From IMG/VR virus record IMGVR_UViG_2627853630_000004, positions 11,340-75,339 of that record: 64,000 nt of DNA. One strand, written 5' to 3'. The notes under the pieces are model-generated. The model had not been told where the DNA came from and did no database searches. It saw nothing but the letters and a program-made list of their open reading frames with translations. Within the stretch, counting starts at the first letter, position 1; every line of letters begins with the position of its first letter. Both the position numbers and the translations under genes were made by a program. Shown here in pieces: positions 26,999 to 34,893 of this stretch. This DNA is from a virus (taxonomy: Duplodnaviria > Caudoviricetes).

Positions 26999-27283
26999 GT
27001 GGGTGATGTAGGTGATTACTACAGGGACTTAAAGCCGTACTTGAAGGAGCAGCGTCGAAAAGCACGAGATGGTGCATATGGGCGTATCAAAGCGTTCTTT
27101 GTTAGAAATGGTGTTCAGTTGGAAGAAGGAAATAACACACTAATTTTCCGCACACCACAAGGCACTGTTTGCTACTACCCACCAAGCCAGAGGATGCAGC
27201 ACAAGCAATTATGGAAAGAATGCAGCCCGACCAGCTGCATGAACTATGTGAAAAAACTAAGAACTGAGAGGCAAGACCAATGA
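26999..27283 (+). CDS. Hypothetical early protein (GTG start)
   Basis: GAGGG SD before GTG 26999; stop overlaps the next ATG. Confidence 0.65.
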   Translation: MGDVGDYYRDLKPYLKEQRRKARDGAYGRIKAFFVRNGVQLEEGNNTLIFRTPQGTVCYYPPSQRMQHKQLWKECSPTSCMNYVKKLRTERQDQ

Positions 27284-29463
27284 CAACAGCAACATTTACC
27301 GCTGCTTTCTTTCCAAAGAAATCAGCTCAAAAAAATGGCGCGATACCGCTAGCAACAGCGATCGAAGCAAAAAGCAAAAAACTGGCAGAAATGGCAGCAG
27401 TTATGCTGCTGGAAGAAACATTCCCTGGTGCCAGTGATAACTTCTTTAAACCAACCATCACCGAGGATTCGATCGGTTCACCCCGTCCAGCCGTTGGAAC
27501 GTTCGATGAGACATTCCTACAGGAAAATGAGCTGGTAGAGGGCGTCTGGCGGCGCATCGAGGCACCGACTCAGCCTAACGATCTCGTCGATTTCTCCACC
27601 CTCTCTTTGCGTGAAAAAATCGCGGCGTTTGCGTTGTATGCGCAATCTGAAATCACCGAGCATGAATTCTCTATGGTGTGTGATTATCTCGATCTGCCGG
27701 ATTTCGATGGCGATGGGGATACTAACGCAGACACGGACAAACTGATCCGCATACTCAGCGGTATTGAATTGTTGGAACAGGCTACTGACGAATTGCTACT
27801 CAGCGTAGTAAATGCCGTTAACGCTCGGTTCCCATCTATCGCAGATGTTGCGGATCGTGAAATTCTGGCCTTTGTTGATACGTTAACATGCGCGCCCGGC
27901 GAAAATGACACGCAAGCGACAAAGCCGCTGATCGCTGGATTGGATCGTGAACGCCAGTACACGCATACGCATCGAACATTAAACCGAGAAGTCGCCCTGT
28001 TCCTGGCTAACGACAACATCACAGATCCGTGGGAAGTAACAGAAGAACAGAAGGTTGCGGGTGATCAGGTGATGAAAAGCGGTGGTGACACGTATTCACG
28101 ATGGTCAACCGAGTTGAGTATGGTTGAGGGCGCGTTAAAAATCCCCCGCCCCATAGTTTTCATCTTGATAAATGAGGCCAAGAAACGCCCTGAATTATTG
28201 CTAGATGCAAACGCGCGTCAGCGGTTCGTTGTTGATTTTCTGGCTGAGCACACACCATCAGAAATCAAAGTTGAAAGCATGGGCAGCGGACGATTCTCTA
28301 TTGATGGCCTGATGGGTGAAACCGCATCAAATCAGGGAGAAAAAACGGAAGTGGTCAGCACGCCTGAGGCTGAAACAAAACAGACTGAAGCCGTTAACCC
28401 GCCAGCAGAAACCATTACGCAGCAGGCCAGCACCGAAGCTGGTGAGCAGATCATTAGCGACGGCACAGTGCAGCAGGCAAAAGAAGCGCTCGATCAGCTG
28501 GGGTACGGCGTTTACGCGACAGAAACGGACGCACCAGCACCAGCACCAGCACCAGCAGACGATTTTCAGCAAAGAGCTGAAGCCATTGAAGCCGAGATCG
28601 CCAAAAAACCAGACGCGGCACGCGGCAATCTATCTATTTGGCAGGGTGTCCAGAGAACCAACCCTGCGCACACAAGGCGGAAAGAAACATGGAAGTGGGT
28701 TAACGGAAAACAAGAGCTATTGCGCGCAGTCACTAGCGTCAACCCTACGTACCAAATAATGAGAGCCACAGAAGTATTTGGACCGTTCGGGTTAGGTTGG
28801 GGGGTGGAAGTTACAGAGGAGCGATTCGATCCCGGATTACCACTAATGGAGCCAGTCTTTGATAGCTCAGGGAGAGAGATAAACCGAAAACCCATGCGTG
28901 ATGGTGATGGATCACTTGTCAGGGCGCTAAACCACACAATGCAAATACGATTATGGTACGTGCTGGATGGTGTGCGCGGAGAGTTTCCCGCTTTCGGGCA
29001 TACGAAATATCTCTATGCAAAGAATAGTGGTGGCATGGTGTGTGACGATGAAGTCGGTAAAAAAAGCCTGACAGATGCCATCACAAAAGGGCTGTCAGCG
29101 CTTGGCTTTAGCGCCGATATCTACATGGGCATGTTTGATGATGACGAATATAAGAATAAAAACGAAGCGGAATTCGGCATCAAAAACGCAAGTGACAAAG
29201 CCGAAGACGTGGTGCGTTTTCGCTCTGAGCTGGATGAGAAATTCACACGGAACGCGGCAACGATGGAGACGACAGTCAGCGTCAATGAACTCAATAAGGT
29301 GTTTGGAGTTCTCGTACGTGAGATCGAAACACATCGTAAAGATGCAGAGGCAAAAGGTGATACAGAATACGCAAAATATCTATCTAGTCGTCTGCGTCGC
29401 CTTACTGAAATAAAAAGCGAGCGTGAAAAAGCACTCAAGGCCACTGAAGGGGAAAAAGCATGA
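27280..29463 (+). CDS. Recombination protein: RecE/ExoVIII-like N-terminal region fused to a Rad52/Sak-like annealing domain
   Basis: N-terminal KKSAQKNG and FFKP..TED as in RecE N-termini; C-terminal YQIMRATEVFGPFGLGWG and KKSLTDAITKGLSALGFSADIYMG. Confidence 0.65.
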   Translation: MTTATFTAAFFPKKSAQKNGAIPLATAIEAKSKKLAEMAAVMLLEETFPGASDNFFKPTITEDSIGSPRPAVGTFDETFLQENELVEGVWRRIEAPTQPNDLVDFSTLSLREKIAAFALYAQSEITEHEFSMVCDYLDLPDFDGDGDTNADTDKLIRILSGIELLEQATDELLLSVVNAVNARFPSIADVADREILAFVDTLTCAPGENDTQATKPLIAGLDRERQYTHTHRTLNREVALFLANDNITDPWEVTEEQKVAGDQVMKSGGDTYSRWSTELSMVEGALKIPRPIVFILINEAKKRPELLLDANARQRFVVDFLAEHTPSEIKVESMGSGRFSIDGLMGETASNQGEKTEVVSTPEAETKQTEAVNPPAETITQQASTEAGEQIISDGTVQQAKEALDQLGYGVYATETDAPAPAPAPADDFQQRAEAIEAEIAKKPDAARGNLSIWQGVQRTNPAHTRRKETWKWVNGKQELLRAVTSVNPTYQIMRATEVFGPFGLGWGVEVTEERFDPGLPLMEPVFDSSGREINRKPMRDGDGSLVRALNHTMQIRLWYVLDGVRGEFPAFGHTKYLYAKNSGGMVCDDEVGKKSLTDAITKGLSALGFSADIYMGMFDDDEYKNKNEAEFGIKNASDKAEDVVRFRSELDEKFTRNAATMETTVSVNELNKVFGVLVREIETHRKDAEAKGDTEYAKYLSSRLRRLTEIKSEREKALKATEGEKA

Positions 29464-30041
29464 GCAGAATTCACCACAACACGGCAATAGCAATTGCCGC
29501 TGATATGTCAAAGCTCCAAAGCCTACTGGAAGATTCTGAGGGTGGTATTGGAGAATTAACGCCAGAAATGATCGAAGACACAATGTCCGGTCTGGAAATG
29601 ACGCTGGCGGATAAATTAGATTCCGTTCTGGTTCACGTTAGAAACCTGGAAGGTCAAGAGGAAACCTGCGACAAAGAAATTAAGCGCCTAAGTGATCGTA
29701 AAAAATCATTCCGCAACCAGGCAAAGCATCTGAAGCAATACATTTTAAATTGCCTGCTGGCGGCCAATCTCGACAAAATCAAAACAACAAAGAACACATT
29801 TACTGCGCGAAAAGGCGTGGTAAATGTGGTTATCGATAATGAATCACTTGTGCCTGACGAATTCGTTAACTTACAGACAATCATAACGCCAGACAAGAAA
29901 GCCATTAAGGAGGCCATAGAATCCGCAGAGGCGGCGGTCGTGGAAATCACCGCGCGTGGCGAAACCCCTCCGGCTGAGTTGTTAAATCCGGTACCCGGTG
30001 CGCACATTGAAATCGGTGCGCGTTCTCTGCAAGTGCGGTAA
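29460..30041 (+). CDS. Siphovirus Gp157 (Mu Gam-like) family protein
   Basis: EIKRLSDRKKS, DKKAIKEAI, VPGAHIE..RSLQVR. Confidence 0.8.
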   Translation: MSRIHHNTAIAIAADMSKLQSLLEDSEGGIGELTPEMIEDTMSGLEMTLADKLDSVLVHVRNLEGQEETCDKEIKRLSDRKKSFRNQAKHLKQYILNCLLAANLDKIKTTKNTFTARKGVVNVVIDNESLVPDEFVNLQTIITPDKKAIKEAIESAEAAVVEITARGETPPAELLNPVPGAHIEIGARSLQVR

Positions 30042-30076
30042 CGGCTGACCACCGTATAGCAAGCGAGGCAAGACCA

Positions 30077-30253
30077 ATGCTAAAAATGAGCGCGCAGCGC
30101 GGGGACGTTATTCATATTGTTTTTGCTGATGGCCGGAATGGAATGATCGCAGTTCAATCACGCAGTGTGCTGGCGATTCATTTTCCGCCAGATGTGAAAA
30201 TAACGCGTGAACGTCGCCAGCAGGAAAAACTGATTAACGATAATCAGAAATAA
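30077..30253 (+). CDS. CsrA/RsmA-fold RNA-binding protein, 58 aa (not in ORF track)
   Basis: MLKMSAQRGDVIHIVFADGRNGMIAVQSRSVLAIHFPPDVKITRERRQQEKLINDNQK; M1, L2, G9, I14, P37, V40, R44, E45 match E. coli CsrA without gaps; GAGG SD. Confidence 0.75.
   Translation: MLKMSAQRGDVIHIVFADGRNGMIAVQSRSVLAIHFPPDVKITRERRQQEKLINDNQK
30230..30247. promoter_or_regulatory. Second YdaT-type operator (pI-equivalent position)
   Basis: CTGATT-AACGAT-AATCAG upstream of the small ORF, xis and int. Confidence 0.6.
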
Positions 30254-30300
30254 CCCGCCATTAGCAATACCGTGTGACCTCCATTTTACAGGGGGTCACA

Positions 30301-30507
30301 ATGCAAGTATGGAAACCGGGCAAGTGCCTGTTATCTGAGTTCGATATTAAAATCGGTCGGCTGTCTGCAAGCGTAAGGAAGACCACTCTAACGCAACAGG
30401 ATATAGACCAGTCTTGTGCAGCAGCCGACGCAATCATTGATAAATTAAGGCAAGACCATGACCGACCTGTTAACCGACGACGAGCTAATAGAACTGACAG
30501 GCTATAA
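30301..30507 (+). CDS. Hypothetical small protein
   Basis: AGGGGG SD before ATG 30301; MQVWKPGKCLLSEFDIKIGRLSASVRK. Confidence 0.6.
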   Translation: MQVWKPGKCLLSEFDIKIGRLSASVRKTTLTQQDIDQSCAAADAIIDKLRQDHDRPVNRRRANRTDRL

Positions 30508-30673
30508 GTATGCGTCGAAGCAACGCGCCGCTCTAACCCGATCCGGCATTTCGTTTATCACCCGTAGGGATGGGCGACCCAGCGTCACATGGGCGGCAAT
30601 TAATGCCAGCCTATCCACTGTGAAAGCTGAGCAATTTAAAGACGTTGAACAGCCTAATTTTGATGCGATTTAA
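30458..30673 (+). CDS. xis: Excisionase (DUF4224 family)
   Basis: LLTDDELIELTGYK..SKQ..L...GI.F..RRDGRP; EQPNFDAI; directly before int. Confidence 0.8.
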   Translation: MTDLLTDDELIELTGYKYASKQRAALTRSGISFITRRDGRPSVTWAAINASLSTVKAEQFKDVEQPNFDAI

Positions 30674-30675
30674 TC

Positions 30676-31701
30676 ATGGCTCGTAAACGTAAAGATCCCC
30701 GCGATAACGCATTACCGCCACGCGTATATCGCGGGAAAAGTAAATATGAATTCCACCCGATTGGTGGCGGCTCTATTTCACTATGCCCTCTCGATTCCCC
30801 CATTCCACTAATCTGGGAGAAATACGACGCGGCAAATAATTATCGCGAGGAAAAATTTACTCTGGAACGAATGGCCGGGCGATTTATGCAATCACCAGAC
30901 TTCCTCGATCTCGCGAGTGAAACACAAAAGGACTACCGGAAATACTCTGCGAAAATAATTCCAGTTTTTGGGGGGATGTCGCCGGATTCGATTAAACCTG
31001 AACACATCAGGAAATACATGGATAAACGGGGCGTGAAAAGCAAGACGCAGGCGAACAGAGAAAAGGCGTTTCTTTCGCGAGTATTTCGGTGGGGATACGA
31101 GCGGGGGCTATGTAAAGGCAACCCATGCAAGGGCGTTAAACAGTTCAAAGAGGTGGCGCGAGATCGTTACGTGACTGATGACGAGTATAACGCCCTGTAC
31201 TCCGTCGCAGCTCCATTTGTCCAGGTGGCTATGGAAATAGCCTATCTGTGTCTCTCACGGCAGGGGGATGTTCTCTCGCTGACTGAGGGGCAAATATTAG
31301 ATCAGGGGATTTTTATCGCTCAGGGAAAAACGGGCGCAAAACAAATCAAGGCATGGACGGACAGGCTGAGAGCCGCTGTAACAAATGCACGTAACTTGCC
31401 AATAAAACCGGGCATCAGCAGTATGTACATAATCCATCAACCGACCGGAGGGCGCTACACTCGCGACGGATTCAACAGCCGCTGGCAGCAAGCCAAAGAA
31501 GATGCGGCCACGGCGTTCCCACACTTGAGCTTTGATTTCACTTTTCACGATCTCAAGGCTAAAGGGGTTTCAGATCTCGATGGGACGTTAGCAGAAAAAC
31601 AGGCAATATCGGGACACATGACAATCAGCCAGACAGCACGATACGACCGAAAGATACCGATCGTTCCTGTTGTGGGTGGTCAGAATAAAAATTCAAAATA
31701 A
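30676..31701 (+). CDS. int: Tyrosine integrase of prophage 1
   Basis: RQGDVL, KTG, FHDLKAK, SGH and RY catalytic motifs; next to the tRNA fragment. Confidence 0.95.
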   Translation: MARKRKDPRDNALPPRVYRGKSKYEFHPIGGGSISLCPLDSPIPLIWEKYDAANNYREEKFTLERMAGRFMQSPDFLDLASETQKDYRKYSAKIIPVFGGMSPDSIKPEHIRKYMDKRGVKSKTQANREKAFLSRVFRWGYERGLCKGNPCKGVKQFKEVARDRYVTDDEYNALYSVAAPFVQVAMEIAYLCLSRQGDVLSLTEGQILDQGIFIAQGKTGAKQIKAWTDRLRAAVTNARNLPIKPGISSMYIIHQPTGGRYTRDGFNSRWQQAKEDAATAFPHLSFDFTFHDLKAKGVSDLDGTLAEKQAISGHMTISQTARYDRKIPIVPVVGGQNKNSK

Positions 31702-31729
31702 TTGCATATTCACCAAACACGCAAAAATC

Positions 31730-31751
31730 ATATTAGGAAGAATATTAGGAA
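31730..31751. repeat. Probable integrase arm-type sites (ATATTAGGAA twice)
   Basis: Direct repeat between int and the att core. Confidence 0.55.
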
Positions 31752-31766
31752 AGGCGGTTTTAGGTA

Positions 31767-31789
31767 CAAAAAAACCGCCTTTCGGCGGT
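31767..31789 (-). terminator. Terminator downstream of the tRNA-Leu 3' end
   Basis: ACCGCC-GAAA-GGCGGT followed by T7 on the minus strand. Confidence 0.75.
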
Positions 31790-31835
31790 CTACGACATTG
31801 CACATAAGTGCTTGTTTTAATTCGTATTAAATCAA

Positions 31836-31890
31836 TGGTGCCCGGGGCGGGACTTGAACCCGCACAGCGCGAACGCCGAGGGATTTTAAA
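31836..31890 (-). pseudogene. leuZ: 3' half of tRNA-Leu(TAA), leuZ-type: att junction between the two prophages
   Basis: Minus strand TTTAAAATCCCTCGGCGTTCGCGCTGTGCGGGTTCAAGTCCCGCCCCGGGCACCA; similarity stops at the anticodon loop and the 5' half is absent. Confidence 0.9.
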
Positions 31891-32020
31891 AAGTTACACC
31901 ACATCAAATAAAACAATAGGTTAAGTGATATCAAATGGTTGCGCATACGCAATAACACGAAATTTCACGCCACTCCTGTTTTTGCTGCCACCGAAAAACG
32001 AGATTCCGCCACTACAATTA

Positions 32021-33025
32021 TTAATCTGTAGTTAATGAATCGAACGGGTTTAAGGTAACAGCCGCATCCAGATGATCCGGTGCAAAATGGGCGTAACGCA
32101 TCGTCATGGTGATCGTGCTGTGACCTAAAATCTGTTGCAGTACCAGAATATTTCCGCCGTTCATCATGAAGTGTGATGCGAATGAGTGACGTAAAACGTG
32201 GGTAAGTTGCCCGCTAGGTAGCTCAATGCCAGCCCGTTTAATGGCGTACTTGAAAGACTCATAAGCTGGGGTGAAAAGCGAACCACGCTTCTTAGGCAAA
32301 AGGCTGCGCATCTTCTCAGAAATTGGCACCGTTCTGTTTTTATTCCCTTTCGTTCTGGTGAACGTGACGCGGCTTGGCAGGATTTGAGATTGCTTTAAAT
32401 CCTGTGCTTCACTCCACCGCGCTCCTGTCGCCAGGCATAGACGAACGATGATACCCAAATCCTTATTGTCTGATTCGTCACATGCAGTCAGCAGGCGCTT
32501 TATTTCATCGGGATAAAGAAATGCCAGTTCCTGATCCCCCTCTTTGAACTGGCGTATGCCGTCCAATGGATTTTCTTTATCCCACTCCCCCATCCTTTTC
32601 AACTCGGAAAAGACCGCGCGTAGGTAAGAGTATTCACGGTTGACCGTCGCTTCTTTCAGAACGGCTTTACCCTTTGGATTCCACTCACCTTTAAGGCGTC
32701 GTTCGCGATACACGGCAAACATATTTTTATCAACGTCGATAGCAAACGGATCACCCAAGCGTTCACAGATAGCGAGTAATTTCGTGTAGCGGGAATCACC
32801 GGACGATAACGTTTTGCCGTGCATGTCATACCAACGCTGAACCAAATCTTTCAGAGTGATATTACTGGTTGTGGTATCAATGCCTTTTTTATCGGCCATA
32901 AGGCGGCGCTCATAGGAAAGCGCCTCACCACGGGTGGCAAACTGTTTGCGGATGCGTTTACCATCACGGCCATAAGGGAAGCACTGGCAAAGCCATTTGC
33001 CGGATGGAAGTTTACTTACAGCCAT
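32021..33025 (-). CDS. int: Tyrosine integrase (186/HP1-like)
   Basis: TGARWSEA, TKGNKNRTVP, HVLRHSFASHF, LGHS, MRYAH. Confidence 0.95.
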   Translation of the reverse strand: MAVSKLPSGKWLCQCFPYGRDGKRIRKQFATRGEALSYERRLMADKKGIDTTTSNITLKDLVQRWYDMHGKTLSSGDSRYTKLLAICERLGDPFAIDVDKNMFAVYRERRLKGEWNPKGKAVLKEATVNREYSYLRAVFSELKRMGEWDKENPLDGIRQFKEGDQELAFLYPDEIKRLLTACDESDNKDLGIIVRLCLATGARWSEAQDLKQSQILPSRVTFTRTKGNKNRTVPISEKMRSLLPKKRGSLFTPAYESFKYAIKRAGIELPSGQLTHVLRHSFASHFMMNGGNILVLQQILGHSTITMTMRYAHFAPDHLDAAVTLNPFDSLTTD

Positions 33026-33027
33026 AA

Positions 33028-34221
33028 TTAAATGCTTTCTTCGTTAGAAAATAAATTAATGCGTTCGGCTTTTTTTCCTTCTTCTTTTTTCCAAAAAAAA
33101 CCTGTTTGCAATAATGCAACCAGATCATCTTGAGTCATAGTCACCGTATCCCACAAAGCAACTTTATTTTTCTCATCATTGGGCTTGTATATTTCAAGAG
33201 TAACCACACCGGCATCATATGACTGGCTTTCAATTAATATTGGCAAATCAACTAGTGGTTTAGGGGTTAGTTGTTTATATGGGATGAAATCCCCTGTGAA
33301 CTTTCCATCAATAGATGCTAGTGTTTCGTATCCAGCATAACAGTCATATTTAACTTTCAACAAAACGGCATGTGGTAATTTTATGAATGAGGCCCAATCG
33401 CTATAGCCTAATCTATCACTGTAGAATGAATCGCCACGATGGAAAGCAAAAGAATTCCCTTGAGTCCAAGTATCATACTGAACACCTTCAAAGGTGACTT
33501 TAGTTAACTTAATGTCAAGAGCATCCCTAAAAGCGGTGCCAACTGCAAATTTCCATCCGGAAGCGTAGCCATCAACAAATACAGCCAGGAGCGCGCTGCT
33601 TCTCCGTGGTTCCCTTACTGTTCTAAAGGTGGTTACCACTTCATCATGAACGTTTTTTATTTTTTCTAAAATATCCCCTGAATCGATTTCATAATCATCG
33701 GTAGGATCTAAAGGTATTTCACCCGTTTCAATGAAATTGAGAAATTGCTGTTTAGTGAGGATAAAGCATCCTTTTTCATTAGCTTCTTTTATTTTTTTCC
33801 AACCAGCATTGGCACCACAGCAAAGAAAATAAAGCTTAGCTGTAACGCCAGCCCTCACGACAAAATCATTTTCCTTAGCCAATTTAGTTAATTCATCTTT
33901 TTCGCTTTTATCAAACCCAGTAAAGCAGATTTCCAAGCCAAGTTTTTTTGTTTTTACTTTTCTAGAGATGGGATTATTTTTGTATTCATCCTTATCAAAA
34001 GATTTATCAAATGAACACAATTCCTCTTCTGAATTAAAAAACCTGACTATTCTGTCAGTGCTATAAGTTCTATAGCCTTTTTTATTTATTGAATACCCTT
34101 GTAAAAAGCCATCTTTATGCACCAAGTTAACTATGTGATTAGGGGATTCTTCATTTTTAGCATTAACATAAATAAAAAAGGCTTCTTTATTATCACTCAC
34201 TTTCCATTCATCAAATAGCAT
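33028..34221 (-). CDS. AT-rich accessory protein: WYL-like N-terminus, BRCT domain and unknown C-terminal domain
   Basis: LQGYS...YRTYSTDRI (WYL-like); ICFTGF...VTAKLYFLCCGANAGWKKIKEA (BRCT). Confidence 0.65.
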   Translation of the reverse strand: MLFDEWKVSDNKEAFFIYVNAKNEESPNHIVNLVHKDGFLQGYSINKKGYRTYSTDRIVRFFNSEEELCSFDKSFDKDEYKNNPISRKVKTKKLGLEICFTGFDKSEKDELTKLAKENDFVVRAGVTAKLYFLCCGANAGWKKIKEANEKGCFILTKQQFLNFIETGEIPLDPTDDYEIDSGDILEKIKNVHDEVVTTFRTVREPRRSSALLAVFVDGYASGWKFAVGTAFRDALDIKLTKVTFEGVQYDTWTQGNSFAFHRGDSFYSDRLGYSDWASFIKLPHAVLLKVKYDCYAGYETLASIDGKFTGDFIPYKQLTPKPLVDLPILIESQSYDAGVVTLEIYKPNDEKNKVALWDTVTMTQDDLVALLQTGFFWKKEEGKKAERINLFSNEESI

Positions 34222-34268
34222 AGTTCAATCTCCATGATTACTAAATTGCTGTGTGAATTATAAAAATA

Positions 34269-34871
34269 TCAATGCGCCAACAGCATCCCCAGCACGATCC
34301 CTGCCGCAAGCACTGCGCCAAAAATCCGTGGTTCTGCTTTTAAAGTATTTACCGCATCTTGCCACGTCTGTACTTTTGGGGGGGGTGTGTTGGTGGTAGT
34401 TCTACCCTGCCGCTCATCCAACCACCCCATAGCCTGCTGAAGCTGGGGGCGGGCTAAATCATTTAACCGACTGGTTCCAAAATTGATGTGGCAGAACCGT
34501 GTAAGCTGTTCGCGTAATTCGTTTTGCTCTGTGCTTCTTAATAACTGAGACACTAGTTTTTTATTAGCATCCCTTTCCCTGCTACGCTCATGTAGCGCAT
34601 TCAGGAAACTTAGCGCTGTGGAATACTGGCTGATGGTGATTTCTTCAATACCGTTAACACCAAGCTCCGCATGTAAGCGACGCCAAACAAAACGCACATC
34701 TTCACGCCCTGCTTCCGCAATATCTTTCACCAACTGGTTTAATTGGGAACGCTGGGCGCTAACCAATGGGCGCAAATCTTCTTTAGTTTGTGGGGCGGCA
34801 ATATTGATATTTTTTTCGTAATAATCACGTCCTGCGACCCGATTACTATCCCCTTGAGCCTCTACGGTCAT
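34269..34871 (-). CDS. C-terminally membrane-anchored helical protein (Flk-like repeats)
   Basis: RPLVSAQRSQL, VWRRLHAELGV, C-terminal IFGAVLAAGIVLGMLLA TM segment. Confidence 0.65.
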   Translation of the reverse strand: MTVEAQGDSNRVAGRDYYEKNINIAAPQTKEDLRPLVSAQRSQLNQLVKDIAEAGREDVRFVWRRLHAELGVNGIEEITISQYSTALSFLNALHERSRERDANKKLVSQLLRSTEQNELREQLTRFCHINFGTSRLNDLARPQLQQAMGWLDERQGRTTTNTPPPKVQTWQDAVNTLKAEPRIFGAVLAAGIVLGMLLAH

Positions 34872-34893
34872 CCATTACATCCTTGATGCTTCG

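Larger units (their letters stand above)
21484..30458. repeat. Eight copies of AGGCAAGACCA, each on the sense strand of its operon: minus 21484-21494, 22123-22133, 24572-24582; plus 26184-26194, 26635-26645, 27269-27279, 30066-30076, 30448-30458
   Basis: Read directly; six copies run into an ATG; none found by eye outside the early region. Confidence 0.9.
1..31890. mobile_element. Prophage 1: lambdoid-regulated temperate myovirus (left part of tail region lies outside the window)
   Basis: Contiguous sheath/tube, head, terminase, lysis, Q-like, replication, cro/cI, recombination, xis and int modules ending at a tRNA-Leu fragment. Confidence 0.95.

Noticed and set aside
28531-28557. GCACCA tandem repeat as additional ACCA regulatory sites
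   Set aside because: It is an in-frame Ala-Pro linker in mid-gene, with no hairpin or RBS context
21484-30458. AGGCAAGACCA copies as a CRISPR array or DNA operator
   Set aside because: The copies are dispersed, only 11 nt, have no regular spacers or cas genes, are non-palindromic, and follow transcript strand and start codons
31836-31890. Functional tRNA-Leu gene
   Set aside because: The 5' half (acceptor 5' strand and D-arm) is absent; it is an att remnant
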